From Syntrophales bacterium (GTDB taxonomy: Bacteria; Desulfobacterota; Syntrophia; Syntrophales; UBA2210), in the NCBI GenBank assembly GCA_963662405.2, contig CAXXKT010000001.1, forward strand, positions 1,376,001-1,440,000: a DNA stretch of 64,000 bases. The letters run 5' to 3'. The translations under genes were made by a program, and so were the position numbers. The notes beneath the pieces were generated by a model. It had not been told where the DNA came from, did no database searches, and worked only from the letters and a program-made list of their open reading frames with translations. Positions 39,327 to 49,825 of this stretch are shown in pieces (the first letter of the stretch is position 1; every line of letters starts with the position of its first letter).

Positions 39327-39357
39327 TATAAAAAATGGGCGCTGTCCCCATTTAATG
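39327..39357. repeat. 31-bp direct repeat, copy 2 (REP-like hairpin)
   Basis: Identical to 38054-38084. Confidence 0.9.
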
Positions 39358-39562
39358 CCGAGTTATTTTTGATAGATAGGGAACTAAATAAGATGCAAGT
39401 ATCTCATCCTTTAACTTTGACCAAGTACGTTTTGACGAAAAGAAGTTATAGGTTGCTTTCATATTTCTATAGCAGAACGGTGTTTGGTTGGTTCTATACA
39501 AAAATTCAATTTGTCTATGCTTGAAGTCAATAAGGAGGTCTAAATGTTATCTTAGGTTACGC

Positions 39563-39601
39563 AAAAAAAGCCCCATCTCTCTTTTTAAGAAACAGGGCTT
39601 T
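39563..39601 (-). terminator. intrinsic terminator-like hairpin with no adjacent gene
   Basis: Minus strand AAAGCCC...GGGGCTTTTTTT. Confidence 0.55.
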
Positions 39602-39793
39602 AGATGATCAGACCATAATCCCCCCCCGGTTACAGCTGCTCAAAAGCATAGATAATACGTTCAAGATCAATAATGTACTAAACCACTAACTCCATCATGA
39701 TATATTGTCAAGAGATTTTACCGTGAGACTTTCAATCAGTAATCATCGATTTTCTTCAGGAATTATCCTGAGCAGTTGTAGATACCGTTCTTG

Positions 39794-40762
39794 TCAAGCG
39801 AAAGCTGGTTTATAATTTGGGTCATACTTTTTGCCGGATTTCAGGATTCCAAAGATAAGGTGCACCAGCTTCCTCATTATCGCACAGACAATCACTTTCC
39901 CGTTTTTTCCTTTCTCTTTAAGGCGATTATAAAAAGCAATCATAACGGGATTACATTGGATCGATACCAGTGCCGGCATATACAGAGCTTTTCTGAGCCG
40001 CGCATGTCCGATTTTGCATAACCTGGGTTTGCCTTTAATAGATGATCCTGAAAGTGTTTCCCGTGGCGCAAGCCCGATGAACGCCACCAGTTCCCGCACA
40101 TGACTGAATTTGTCCAGATCATCCAATTCTGCCAGGATGTGAGGAATGGTTGCCGTGCCGATACCTGGAATGGAAGCCAAGAGCCCTTTCTTGTTTTTCA
40201 GGTTCGGATCCCGATCAATTAGATCAGCAATCTGTTCCCTGATTTTCTCTATTTCCTTATCAAGATAGTTAATGTGTTCTCTGATCAATGGAATAACTGA
40301 TTCATGAGCTGCACTTATTCGATTCTTCTCCTGACTTCGCATGTTGATCAGACTGTCAACTCGCCTGACCAACGCCCTCAGGGCTCTGATCTCCGGTGAG
40401 GGTGGACTCCAGGGATCTGGTCTCATAGCCAGACAGAATCTGGCAATCAAGGCTGCATCAATCTTATCCGTCTTGGTGCGAATCAACTCGCTCTGGCCAA
40501 ACCCTTTGATGCGAGCGGGATTGACAACACTGACCACATGGCCGGTTTCATGGAGATAGATCGCCAATTCCTCTCCATAGTTGCCGGTCGCCTCAAGGCA
40601 GGCATGTACCTTATGAACTCCCTGTCTCTCCAGCCAGATCGTCAGTGTCTCAAAACCTTCCACCGTATTTTTGCAGGTTTTGTGTTTTGTCTTCCCCTCT
40701 ACAAGAAGTGCAACGTCGAATTTCTGTTTTGCGATATCTATCCCAAGAACCGATACTGACAT
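39794..40762 (-). CDS. IS110-family bridge recombinase/transposase
   Basis: GIDIAK, LEATG and KTDKIDA (DEDD), SIPGIG, SGSS catalytic serine loop, LRKALYMPA, AIMRKL. Confidence 0.95.
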   Translation of the reverse strand: MSVSVLGIDIAKQKFDVALLVEGKTKHKTCKNTVEGFETLTIWLERQGVHKVHACLEATGNYGEELAIYLHETGHVVSVVNPARIKGFGQSELIRTKTDKIDAALIARFCLAMRPDPWSPPSPEIRALRALVRRVDSLINMRSQEKNRISAAHESVIPLIREHINYLDKEIEKIREQIADLIDRDPNLKNKKGLLASIPGIGTATIPHILAELDDLDKFSHVRELVAFIGLAPRETLSGSSIKGKPRLCKIGHARLRKALYMPALVSIQCNPVMIAFYNRLKEKGKNGKVIVCAIMRKLVHLIFGILKSGKKYDPNYKPAFA

Positions 40763-40809
40763 ACTACAATACTCCCTCGTACATTAATCTAATCTCCAGT
40801 AAAATAGCT

Positions 40810-40990
40810 TCGTTCGAATCAACCTTGCAAGTGCAAACTCATTCCCATCTGAGAAGGTTTATGATACCGTACGAGTTATTGAACAAAGCTGTGGGAAGAG
40901 GATCTACTCTACAAATCATGCTCTCTGGCATCAGGTGAAACACAGATTCACTCTCCCCATTTTACCCCAGTGTCTCAAGATCTCTTATAT
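40810..40990 (-). ncRNA. IS110 bridge RNA (ends approximate)
   Basis: The target loop holds TTTCACCT (40933-40940) and TTGTAG (40909-40914) inside a TGGGGAGAG/CTCTTCCCA stem. The donor loop holds ACGGTATC (40863-40870) and TGCAAG (40824-40829). The target guides match the flanks and the donor guides match the element ends. Confidence 0.82.
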
Positions 40991-41162
40991 CTCCTAATCC
41001 CCTTCTAGAACACAAGGTGAAAAAAATAACGAGTCCGAAGCTTGTTTCGCCGGTGGATATGAGAGAATATATTCGGATGGGCGCGGGACGAAACAACCAG
41101 GTCTTTGTACTTTCTGAAAACCGTGATATGTTGGTTCGGTAAATATTTCAAGGGAGGGTCCT

Positions 41163-41948
41163 ATGTTTACTTTTCATGATGTTTTGCTGGACACAACCGA
41201 CAGAATCGCAACCGTGACGCTCAATCGCCCCGAGGCGAGGAATGCCTTTAACGGTGGAATTCTCAGGGGATTGTATGACGCCGCGGCCCATATCCTGGGC
41301 GACCCGTCCATCAGCGTGGTCATCCTCACCGGCGCGGGAGAACAGGCGTTTTGCGCCGGGACGGACCTGAAGATGATTTCTTCGGGTGAGGACATGACCG
41401 GCGGGATGGAACGGCATGACCGCTTCGGGCATATACAGATCTATCGGGACTGCTTCACGGCGTACGAGAAGCTTCCGGTTCCGGTCATCGCGGCCATTAA
41501 CGGCTATTGTTTCGGCGCCGGCCTGGAGCTGATTCTGGGGTGCGATATACGATTAGCCGATGAAACGGCGATGTTTTCCATCCCCGAGGTTCAGCTGGGG
41601 ATTATGCCCGACGGGGGCGGGACGCAGAGGCTTCCCCGAATCGTGGGCGTCGGCAAGGCCAAGGAACTCATCTATACCGGGCGGAAGATCGATGCCCCGG
41701 AGGCGCTACGCATCGGGCTGGTGGAACATGTCTATCCCAAGGCAGACCTGATGGGCGAGGCCCAAACGCTGGCGCGCGAGATCGCCGACAACGGCGATCC
41801 GGTAATCGGGTGCAAACGGGCGATCAATATCGCCGCGAACTATTCCACGGATGTGGGACTCCTCTTTGAATCCACCACGCAGCAGTCCTATCTGGAGGCG
41901 TTTCAAAAGGGCGCCGGCAAGATGCTGGAGAAGGTGAAGAAGAAATAA
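41163..41948 (+). CDS. enoyl-CoA hydratase/isomerase family protein
   Basis: TLNRPEARNA, AFCAGTDL, PVIAAINGYCFGAGLEL, PEVQLGIMPDGGGTQRLPR. Confidence 0.92.
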   Translation: MFTFHDVLLDTTDRIATVTLNRPEARNAFNGGILRGLYDAAAHILGDPSISVVILTGAGEQAFCAGTDLKMISSGEDMTGGMERHDRFGHIQIYRDCFTAYEKLPVPVIAAINGYCFGAGLELILGCDIRLADETAMFSIPEVQLGIMPDGGGTQRLPRIVGVGKAKELIYTGRKIDAPEALRIGLVEHVYPKADLMGEAQTLAREIADNGDPVIGCKRAINIAANYSTDVGLLFESTTQQSYLEAFQKGAGKMLEKVKKK

Positions 41949-42037
41949 GCAGATAATGATAGTGGATCGGGCGTGCCGCAAGGGTGAAGAAACGGCGCGC
42001 CCGTATTCCTCAGAAGATACCTTGAGAACCCCGGAAG

Positions 42038-42071
42038 AAGATGGCAGGATCAGGAATGGTCCTGCCATCTT
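42038..42071 (+). terminator. stem-loop downstream of the enoyl-CoA hydratase
   Basis: 12-bp inverted repeat AAGATGGCAGGA/TCCTGCCATCTT. Confidence 0.55.
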
Positions 42072-42816
42072 GTATGTGCATTGCGACCAATGGCTGAGCT
42101 CGTTGACCGCGACACCGTCTGGATGCCGCCGCCGGATGCCGGGGCGACATCCTATTCACTGTTGAGGGGACGCGTCAATCGGAATGCCGCCCATTTTTAC
42201 AGATACCACGCATCTCAATAATTTTGTCTTGCCGTTGGTGTTCTCCTGCGTATCCGCATCTATCCCGGTACTCCCCCTGCCAAAGCAGCCATAGATGAAA
42301 GGTTGGTCCGACCGGGAGACCATCTCCTCCTGTTGTTCAGGGAGTGGTTGTATGGGACAACTCACCTCCGGATGGCTGATCGGTTGCACGGGGGTGATCC
42401 AAGAGCGGTGTTTTTTTCTAAAACAGACCCTGCACCGGTAGGTGCAGGGCGGATTTTTCCTGCTCGCCATCGAGGTGACCAGTTTCACTATCATGGAGTG
42501 AGTGGAATCATTGAACCTGTCCTGTGTTTCTGGGATAGTGATCCAACATTTTGAAATACGGATGTCCAATCATTGCATGCACGATAAAGCGCACGTTCGC
42601 GGTTTTTTTCTTTCGTGTAGGCGGAAAAGATGACCGCTGGGGTCCTCGAGCTTGTTGCGTTGAAGCCCTCTGAAAACGCCGTCGGGCTGCCCTTTGTGTG
42701 GGGAATGAAAGGGATGTGATACAGAGAGAAAACGATTGGGAAGGTGGGGGCAGTGTTGTTTTCCAGTGGCTGTTTTTGATAAAGAGCCAATTAAATCAAA
42801 TGATAAGGAGGAAGGT

Positions 42817-43338
42817 ATGCTCAGGAGGTTTGGAACCGTAACAACTATTGCCGTTATAATGGGGTTACTGGTCGTCCCCGTACTCGCAAAAAGTCCCACC
42901 GGTCCGTCGGGAAAATCGAACGTAGGACATGTGTATCTGTATGAAAAAGACGCGGAGTGGACACTTGTTGAGGGTGGCGCGTGGGGGAAAATGAAATATA
43001 ATCTGTCCGGATCGACATTCGACTTCGTGTTCAATGGGCATGACCTGCCCATCGGACAGGATTATACCCTGATCTACTACCCTGATCCCTGGCCGGGAAC
43101 CGGTCTGATCTGCTTGGGCTCCGGTGTCGTCAATGAATACGGAGACATCCATATCAAGGAATCCGTGGATACCGGTGACCTGCCGATTGAGACCGACGAA
43201 AACGGTGGAGCCAAAATCTGGCTGGTACTGTCCGATGACGTAAGCTGTTCCGGCGAGAGTGAGATGGTCGCGTGGGATCCCACAGCTTACCTCTTTGAGG
43301 GCGATCTGATTCTCTTTGACGACGAAGACGAAGAATAG
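42817..43338 (+). CDS. hypothetical secreted acidic protein
   Basis: Strong TAAGGAGG RBS, Sec signal peptide ending VLA|K, beta-rich 173 aa, followed by a terminator. Confidence 0.75.
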   Translation: MLRRFGTVTTIAVIMGLLVVPVLAKSPTGPSGKSNVGHVYLYEKDAEWTLVEGGAWGKMKYNLSGSTFDFVFNGHDLPIGQDYTLIYYPDPWPGTGLICLGSGVVNEYGDIHIKESVDTGDLPIETDENGGAKIWLVLSDDVSCSGESEMVAWDPTAYLFEGDLILFDDEDEE

Positions 43339-43413
43339 ATGATGGGAAAAGACTTCAAGGTTGTCGGCAGGTAATCGCCGGTTCTCACATCCATTTTCTT
43401 GATGAATGTTTAC

Positions 43414-43450
43414 AAGGCAGGGCAGCAATGCCCCTGCCTTTTTCATTTTT
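43414..43450 (+). terminator. intrinsic terminator
   Basis: AAGGCAGGG...CCCTGCCTT followed by a T-rich tail, between convergent genes. Confidence 0.65.
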
Positions 43451-43457
43451 GAATTGT

Positions 43458-44150
43458 CTATTTGATCAGCATACTGGACGCGTCCAGGGCGAGCCGGGAG
43501 AGACCGGAGATGATATCTTCCGGTCCTTTCAGCGGCTTGATCCGGATGTTGGTTTCCTCCGGTTCGAGTTTGAGCGCCACATCAAACAGATCCTGGATAT
43601 CCGCTATCGATGTCGGAAATGCACCGGAGGAGGCGTTTTCGTGGCGGTGGGTATGCACGCTGAACCATACCTGTAGCGATTGCTCTCCGGCCAGCATCTT
43701 CATTTCTTCCAGACAATTCCGTGCTGATTCGTCGAATCTGAGGCCGTCCACAATGATCATGTCGGGACGAAAAATGTTCTGCTCGTCGAGATCCATAAGC
43801 CGTTCTCGCAATTTCGGCACGCTGAACCCGGCGATCCTGAAGGTCATGATAAAGCGGTGCGGGAGCAAAGATTCCAGGGAAATGTCACCCTGCTCGACCC
43901 CGTCCCTCTGGCTCAAGTGATGGAACAGCTCTTCATACCAAAGGGTTACCTTGTCGACCGGATCAATCATACTGATATGCAGGACATTCTGGTCCCTCAG
44001 CATGGTGTTCAGGGCAAGTTGTACCAGGAGGGCGGTCTTGCCGACACCGGCCCGTGAAAGGACGGCTCCGAACTGTCCCCCGGCAATAATATCGGGGACC
44101 CCGCCCTTAATACCAAAGGGATGCCTATTGATGAGATCGCTTTTAACCAT
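43458..44150 (-). CDS. RecA/KaiC-like P-loop protein of unknown function
   Basis: GQFGAVLSRAGVGKT Walker A-like and MIIVDG Walker B-like motifs; directly downstream of fusA. Confidence 0.7.
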   Translation of the reverse strand: MVKSDLINRHPFGIKGGVPDIIAGGQFGAVLSRAGVGKTALLVQLALNTMLRDQNVLHISMIDPVDKVTLWYEELFHHLSQRDGVEQGDISLESLLPHRFIMTFRIAGFSVPKLRERLMDLDEQNIFRPDMIIVDGLRFDESARNCLEEMKMLAGEQSLQVWFSVHTHRHENASSGAFPTSIADIQDLFDVALKLEPEETNIRIKPLKGPEDIISGLSRLALDASSMLIK

Positions 44151-44194
44151 CGGTGTACTCCTTCATACGTTGTACCGGATCCGGTTTCAGATTG

Positions 44195-46273
44195 TTATTT
44201 ACCCTTTTTGGCTTGTGCTGCTTTATCGGCGAGTTCTTCGGCGATTGACTGGGGGACCAGTTTGTAGAGAGCGAACTCCATGGTGAACTGGGCTTGTCCC
44301 TGCGTTGCCGACCTCAGGACGGTCGAAAAACCGAACATCTCCGCCAGCGGAACCTGCGCCTCGATGACGCACACGGGACCGTCATCCTGCGTGCCGACGA
44401 TCATACCACGCCGTTGATTGAGAAGGCCCATACAGGCACCCTGAAATTCAGTCGGTGTCTCGACGACGACCTTCATCACCGGTTCGTGGATAACGACGCC
44501 CGCCTTGGCGTAGGCCTCCAAAAATCCCCCTCGCGCCGCAGCCTGAAAGGCCATCTCCGAAGAGTCGACGCTGTGTGCTGCTCCGTCATTGATGACTGCT
44601 CGAACGCCGGTCACGGGGAATTCCAGTTTGGGACCCTTTGCCATGCAGGCCTGGAATCCCTTCTCACATGAGGGGATAAACTGTGTGGGGATGGCCCCTC
44701 CCACGATTTTGTTGACGAATTCGAATTCCCCTTCCGTAATCGGCTCGATATATCCCGCGATCCGACCGTATTGTCCGGAACCACCGGTCTGTTTCTTGTG
44801 CGTGTAGTTGAAATCCGCCTTGCGGGTAATGGTTTCGCGGTAGGCGACGCGGGGGTTGCCGGTCTCGACCTCTGCCCCGTACTCACGTCGCATGCGCTCC
44901 ACGTAGATCTCCAGGTGCAGCTCGCCCATCCCTTCGATGATCGTCTCTTTTGTTTCATCATCGACATGGGTCTTGAATGTCGGATCTTCTTTCGTGAAGC
45001 GGTTCAATGCCTTGGACATGTTGATCTGTGCCTTGTTGTCCTTGGGGGTGATCGCCAGGGAAATCACCGGATCGGCGACGAACATTGAACTCATGGCGAG
45101 GGATGTGCCGGGAGAAACGAATGTGTCTCCCGACGCGCAGTCAATCCCGAAAAGGGCGCCGATGTATCCTGCCGGGATTGCATCGATATCCTCCATCTGA
45201 TCGGCATGCATCCGGACCACCCGCCCGATCTTTACCTTCTTTTCCGTGCGGGCGTTGACGATTGTGTCTCCTTTTCGGACCGAACCCTGGTACACGCGGA
45301 TGTAAGTCAGCTGGCCGTAAGCGCCGTCTTCCAGTTTGAACGCGAGCGCGACCGTGGGGGCATCGGGGTTGGAGGAGAGGATGACGGGTTCTTCCCCCTT
45401 GCTCAGGTCGAGGGCCTCGTTTTTCATCTCCGAGGGGCAGGGGAGCAATCGGGTCACGGCATCGAGCATAGGCTGAACCCCCTTGTTTTTATAGGCCGAG
45501 CCCATAAATACCGGTGTCATCGCTCGGGTCAGCGTTCCCATGCGCAGGGCGTTGATCAGCAGCTCCTCGGGGATGTCTTTCTCTTCGAGAACGGCTTCCA
45601 TCAATTCGTCTGAAAACATGGTGGCCGCCTCGACCAGCGCTTCCCGTTTGACCTTGGCTTCGGAGGCAAGGGCGGCTGGAATTTCCTCAACGCGGACGAT
45701 TTCCCCGTTATTCCCGTCGAAATAGACCGCTTTCATTGTGATCAGGTCGACAACCCCCTGAAAATCATTTTCGAGTCCGATGGGGATCTGGACGGCGACG
45801 GCGTTATGCCCGAGTTTCGTTCTGAGCTGGTCGATGACCCGGGAAGGGTTCGCGCCGCTCCGGTCGCACTTGTTTATGAAGGCGATACAGGGGACTTTAT
45901 ATCGCTTCATCTGTTGATCGACGGTGATCGACTGTGATTGGACGCCTCCCACCGCGCACAGAACGAGGGCCGCCCCGTCGAGGACCCTGAGGGAGCGTTC
46001 AACCTCGACGGTGAAGTCGACATGGCCGGGAGTATCGATAATGTTGATCTCATGTCCCCGCCATTGGCAGAATGTGGCCGCCGAGGCGATGGTAATCCCG
46101 CGTTCCTTCTCGAGTTCCATAGAATCCATAGTCGCTCCGACGCCGTCTTTCCCCTTGACGTCGTGAATCGCATGGATCCTCTTTGTGTAAAAGAGTATCC
46201 GTTCCGTCAGTGTCGTTTTCCCTGAATCGATGTGCGCACTGATCCCGATATTCCGTACTTTTTTGTCATCCAT
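44195..46273 (-). CDS. fusA: translation elongation factor G (stand-alone paralog)
   Basis: [39 protein letters not shown]. Start set at ATG 46273. Confidence 0.95.
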   Translation of the reverse strand: MDDKKVRNIGISAHIDSGKTTLTERILFYTKRIHAIHDVKGKDGVGATMDSMELEKERGITIASAATFCQWRGHEINIIDTPGHVDFTVEVERSLRVLDGAALVLCAVGGVQSQSITVDQQMKRYKVPCIAFINKCDRSGANPSRVIDQLRTKLGHNAVAVQIPIGLENDFQGVVDLITMKAVYFDGNNGEIVRVEEIPAALASEAKVKREALVEAATMFSDELMEAVLEEKDIPEELLINALRMGTLTRAMTPVFMGSAYKNKGVQPMLDAVTRLLPCPSEMKNEALDLSKGEEPVILSSNPDAPTVALAFKLEDGAYGQLTYIRVYQGSVRKGDTIVNARTEKKVKIGRVVRMHADQMEDIDAIPAGYIGALFGIDCASGDTFVSPGTSLAMSSMFVADPVISLAITPKDNKAQINMSKALNRFTKEDPTFKTHVDDETKETIIEGMGELHLEIYVERMRREYGAEVETGNPRVAYRETITRKADFNYTHKKQTGGSGQYGRIAGYIEPITEGEFEFVNKIVGGAIPTQFIPSCEKGFQACMAKGPKLEFPVTGVRAVINDGAAHSVDSSEMAFQAAARGGFLEAYAKAGVVIHEPVMKVVVETPTEFQGACMGLLNQRRGMIVGTQDDGPVCVIEAQVPLAEMFGFSTVLRSATQGQAQFTMEFALYKLVPQSIAEELADKAAQAKKGK

Positions 46274-46540
46274 CCTACTTTTCCTATGGGTAAATATAAA
46301 AGAAGATACGATCAATACGATTATATCAATTAAATAACCCCCTCGCAATCTTTCACTGCAGGGGGTATCGTCATATCTCAACTCAATGCGAAAAGGCGGG
46401 TTTTATAGTCAATTCGTCTCCGCCTGTCAAGAACTATTTTAGCGAATCGACCGGCAAGAAATACCACCTTGACTTTTATGGGGCGAGTTGGCATAATCGA
46501 ACCAAAACAAGATATTGTCAGATAAAAATAGAGGTTAGGC

Positions 46541-46765
46541 GTGGAATTAGAACGATTTGGTGAACTTGAACGAAAGATTCGGGAGATTGTAGAAGGGTGT
46601 TCCACGCTAAAAAATCGGAACCAGGAATTGGAACGATTGCTGGAAGAATCAAACGCCCGGCTGGAAGAGGCAGAAAGGAAAACACACACGTTAAGCGAGC
46701 AAAAGGATGCGGTACGTACGAAGGTGGATACGCTCCTTGATATGCTGCGCGATATCGAGATGTAA
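46541..46765 (+). CDS. ZapB-like coiled-coil cell division protein
   Basis: 74-aa coiled coil directly upstream of zapA; GAGG RBS. Confidence 0.7.
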   Translation: MELERFGELERKIREIVEGCSTLKNRNQELERLLEESNARLEEAERKTHTLSEQKDAVRTKVDTLLDMLRDIEM

Positions 46766-46790
46766 AGGTTGAAACACAGGGGAATCGCCT

Positions 46791-47102
46791 TTGAAAAAGC
46801 GTTTCGACATAGTGGTGATGGACCGGCGTTTTTCGGTCCTGAGCGATAAAGGGGATGAGTATGTAGAGAAGATTGTCCGATATGTGAACGAGAGGGCTAA
46901 GGAAATAGGAGAGGCCTCAGAGAATGCAACAGCTTCAGATGTCGCTATTTTGGTTGCTTTAAATATTACCGAGGAGTTGTTTGGAATACGAGAAGAAAAA
47001 GAGAATCTGTCTAACAGGTTTGCAGGTGAAGTTGAGGATTTAATCAGGTATATAGATACAAAAAGCACAGTAATCCCCTGCGATGTGCGTGATGGCCTGT
47101 AA
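46791..47102 (+). CDS. zapA: cell division protein ZapA
   Basis: EYVEKIVRYVNER...VAILVALNITEELF; conserved synteny with 6S RNA and rny. Confidence 0.85.
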   Translation: MKKRFDIVVMDRRFSVLSDKGDEYVEKIVRYVNERAKEIGEASENATASDVAILVALNITEELFGIREEKENLSNRFAGEVEDLIRYIDTKSTVIPCDVRDGL

Positions 47103-47264
47103 ATTTTTTGAACCAACACCTTATGACTGAAGCACCCTTCCTTGCTTGTGGTGTGCATGTCCGCCGTGTCCCGTAAGGGGCGGGGGGGAAAGCCTGAAGC
47201 GGCAACAGGTTGCTAATCCTTTTATGAGGTTCAAAATAATGGTTGTCACGGCATAGGCGGGGGA
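47073..47264 (+). ncRNA. ssrS: 6S RNA
   Basis: About 190 nt between zapA and rny. Long-range pairing TCCCCTGC/GCGGGGGA, GTGATGGCC/GGTTGTCAC and TTTTGAACC/GGTTCAAAA gives a rod with a central bubble. Confidence 0.85.
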
Positions 47265-47450
47265 GACGTATAGCAGAAGCGTTTTTACCCCTCTCAAGGC
47301 CTCGGGCGCGCTTGGTCGTGTCCTTTCTCCGGCGGTTGTGCCTATCCGAACGGCATGCCGTGTCATATCCTTACCCCTTCCTACTTACTAATTTACGAGT
47401 AATATTGTTCCTGTTCCTGCGAAATAATGACGGGGGGGAGGTAGAAGATC

Positions 47451-49016
47451 GTGTTGAATATTAGTTTTGTAATACTGATGGTGTTGGTGGCCACGGCACT
47501 GGGTGTGGCCTTGGGCTATGTCCTGCGAAAGATGATTTCCGACCGGATGCTGGAGTCATCGGAGAAACTGGCCGCGCGGATTACGACCGAGGCCCAGAAA
47601 GAGGCGGAGAATATCAAGAAAGAGGCTATTCTCCAGGCCAAGGATCATCTCCTCAAGGCCAAGAATGAATTTGAAAAAGAGGCGAGAGACAGAAGAACGG
47701 AGATCGAAAAGGTCGAAGAGCGGATCCACCAGAAGGAGATAAATCTGGACAAAAAGACGGATCAGCTTGCCCAGAGGGAAAATTCTTTTGAAAAAAAAGA
47801 AAATAGCCTTCTCGATAAAGAAAACCTCTTGCGTGAAAAGCATGACAAGGTGGACACAATTATCGAGGAGCAACGGGCGCAGTTGGAACGGATCGCCGGG
47901 ATTTCCTCGGAGGAGGCGAAGGAGTCTCTTGTCCAGCTGATGGTGGATGACGCCCGGCACGAAGCGGGTGGTATCATCCGAAAAATGGAGGATGACACCA
48001 GGCGGGAAGCGGAAAAAAAGTCCCGCGAGATCCTGGCCTATGCGGTCCAACGATATGCCTCCGATTTTGTAGCGGAGAACACCGTTTCGGTGGTCAACCT
48101 CCCGTCGGATGAGATGAAGGGAAGGATCATCGGGCGGGAGGGGAGAAACATCCGGGCCATTGAGGCCGCGACCGGTACGGATCTCATCATCGACGATACC
48201 CCCGAGGCGGTGGTTATCTCCAGCTTCGATCCCGTACGGCGGGAAGTGGCGAAGCGGGCCTTGGAAAGTCTGATACATGACGGCCGAATTCATCCGGGAA
48301 GAATCGAAGAGATCGTCAAAAAGATCCGGGCGGAAGTTGATAAGGTGATTCAGGAGACGGGAGAGCGGGTTTCCTTCGACGCGGGGGTTCATGATGTTCA
48401 TGCCGAACTGTTGACCCTTCTCGGGCGGCTTCGGTTCCGGACGAGTTTTTCCCAGAATGTCCTGGAGCATTCCATTGAGGTTTCCCATCTTGCGGGGATG
48501 ATGGCCGCCGAGCTCAAGATGAATGTGAAAGATGCCAAACGGGCCGGCCTGCTGCACGATATCGGGAAGGCGATCGACCATGAGGTGGAAGGACCGCATG
48601 CCGCCATCGGAGCGGAGTATGCCCGAAAATATGGGGAATCCGAGAAGATCGTTCAGGCGATCGCGCAGCACCACGATGACGGGCATAACAATACCGTTCT
48701 CGGTGTCATCATACAGGCGGCGGACACCCTTTCCGCCGCACGACCCGGCGCTCGCAGAGAGATGCTTGCAACCTATGTCAAGCGGTTGGCGGAGCTGGAA
48801 GGGATAGCGACTTCCTTCAGCGGCGTCGATACCTGCTACGCGATCCAGGCCGGACGGGAGATACGCATCCTGGTGGAAAACGAGAAGGTGTCCGACAGTG
48901 ATGCCGTTATGCTCTGCAAAGATATCGTCAAAAAGGTAGAGTCGGAGATGACCTACCCGGGACAGATCAAGGTCACGGTGATCCGGGAGATGCGCGTGTC
49001 TGAGTTTGCGAAGTAG
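47451..49016 (+). CDS. rny: ribonuclease Y
   Basis: N-terminal TM, coiled coil, KH domain ([14 protein letters not shown]) and HD domain (LLHDIGKA). Confidence 0.96.
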   Translation: MLNISFVILMVLVATALGVALGYVLRKMISDRMLESSEKLAARITTEAQKEAENIKKEAILQAKDHLLKAKNEFEKEARDRRTEIEKVEERIHQKEINLDKKTDQLAQRENSFEKKENSLLDKENLLREKHDKVDTIIEEQRAQLERIAGISSEEAKESLVQLMVDDARHEAGGIIRKMEDDTRREAEKKSREILAYAVQRYASDFVAENTVSVVNLPSDEMKGRIIGREGRNIRAIEAATGTDLIIDDTPEAVVISSFDPVRREVAKRALESLIHDGRIHPGRIEEIVKKIRAEVDKVIQETGERVSFDAGVHDVHAELLTLLGRLRFRTSFSQNVLEHSIEVSHLAGMMAAELKMNVKDAKRAGLLHDIGKAIDHEVEGPHAAIGAEYARKYGESEKIVQAIAQHHDDGHNNTVLGVIIQAADTLSAARPGARREMLATYVKRLAELEGIATSFSGVDTCYAIQAGREIRILVENEKVSDSDAVMLCKDIVKKVESEMTYPGQIKVTVIREMRVSEFAK

Positions 49017-49034
49017 AACAGGAAGGTCTGAGGC

Positions 49035-49820
49035 GTGAAGGTACTCTTCATCGGAGACATCGTGGGAAAGCCGGGGCGAAAGGCGGTGCGTGCTCTTCTC
49101 CCCGGTATCGTGGGGCGCCGTGGGGTGGATGTCGTTATCGCCAATTGCGAGAATGCGGCCGGCGGGTTCGGCGTCACCAGAAAGGTCGTGGAGGAACTCT
49201 ACGATAACGAAATCGATGCCCTGACGTCCGGCAATCATATATGGGACAAGAAGGATATAGAAGGGTTCATAGATGACTATGACACTCTCCTGCGCCCGGC
49301 TAATTATCCGGTAGGCACCCCGGGGAAGGGGAGCGTCGTCGTGCAGACCGGCCGGGGAATATCCCTGGGGGTCTTGAACCTTGAAGGGCGTGTCTTTATG
49401 AGGCCCCTCGATTGTCCCTTCCGGGTCGCTGAAAAAGAACTCGAAACATTGACGGAACTGACGGATATTGTCATCGTTGATATCCATGCCGAGGCGACCT
49501 CGGAGAAAGAGGCCCTGGGGTGGTTTCTTGACGGACGGGTGAGTGCCGTTGTGGGGACGCATACCCATGTGCAGACGGCGGACGAGCGGGTTCTCCCTCA
49601 TGGGACCGCTTACATAACGGATGTTGGCATGACGGGCTCCTTTGATTCCGTCTTGGGGATCAAAAAGGAGGTGGCCCTTCAGCGGTTTCTGACACTTCTT
49701 CCCAACCGGTACGAGGTTGCGAAAGGGGATGCTCGACTGCAGGGGGTCTTGATAGATATTGATGATCAAACAGGCAAGAGCCTTTCGATCGAAAGACTGT
49801 CTCTTGCCATGGAAAGTTGA
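49035..49820 (+). CDS. YmdB-like metallophosphoesterase (TIGR00282)
   Basis: FIGDIVGKPGR, NCENAAGG, TSGNHIWD, HAEATSEK, GTHTHV. Confidence 0.92.
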   Translation: MKVLFIGDIVGKPGRKAVRALLPGIVGRRGVDVVIANCENAAGGFGVTRKVVEELYDNEIDALTSGNHIWDKKDIEGFIDDYDTLLRPANYPVGTPGKGSVVVQTGRGISLGVLNLEGRVFMRPLDCPFRVAEKELETLTELTDIVIVDIHAEATSEKEALGWFLDGRVSAVVGTHTHVQTADERVLPHGTAYITDVGMTGSFDSVLGIKKEVALQRFLTLLPNRYEVAKGDARLQGVLIDIDDQTGKSLSIERLSLAMES

Positions 49821-49825
49821 CGAGT

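Larger units (their letters stand above)
39780..41016 (-). mobile_element. complete IS110-family (IS621-like) insertion sequence
   Basis: Bounded by CT core dinucleotides at 41015-41016 and 39780-39781 (minus strand), with a long non-coding left end, a DEDD recombinase gene and no TIRs. Confidence 0.88.

Noticed and set aside
42150..42560. Possible membrane-transporter pseudogene fragments
   Set aside because: There are only short hydrophobic stretches in several frames, too weak to call without a translated search.
47556..49769. 737-aa minus-strand ORF
   Set aside because: It is the antisense shadow of rny and the YmdB-like gene, with no recognisable motifs.
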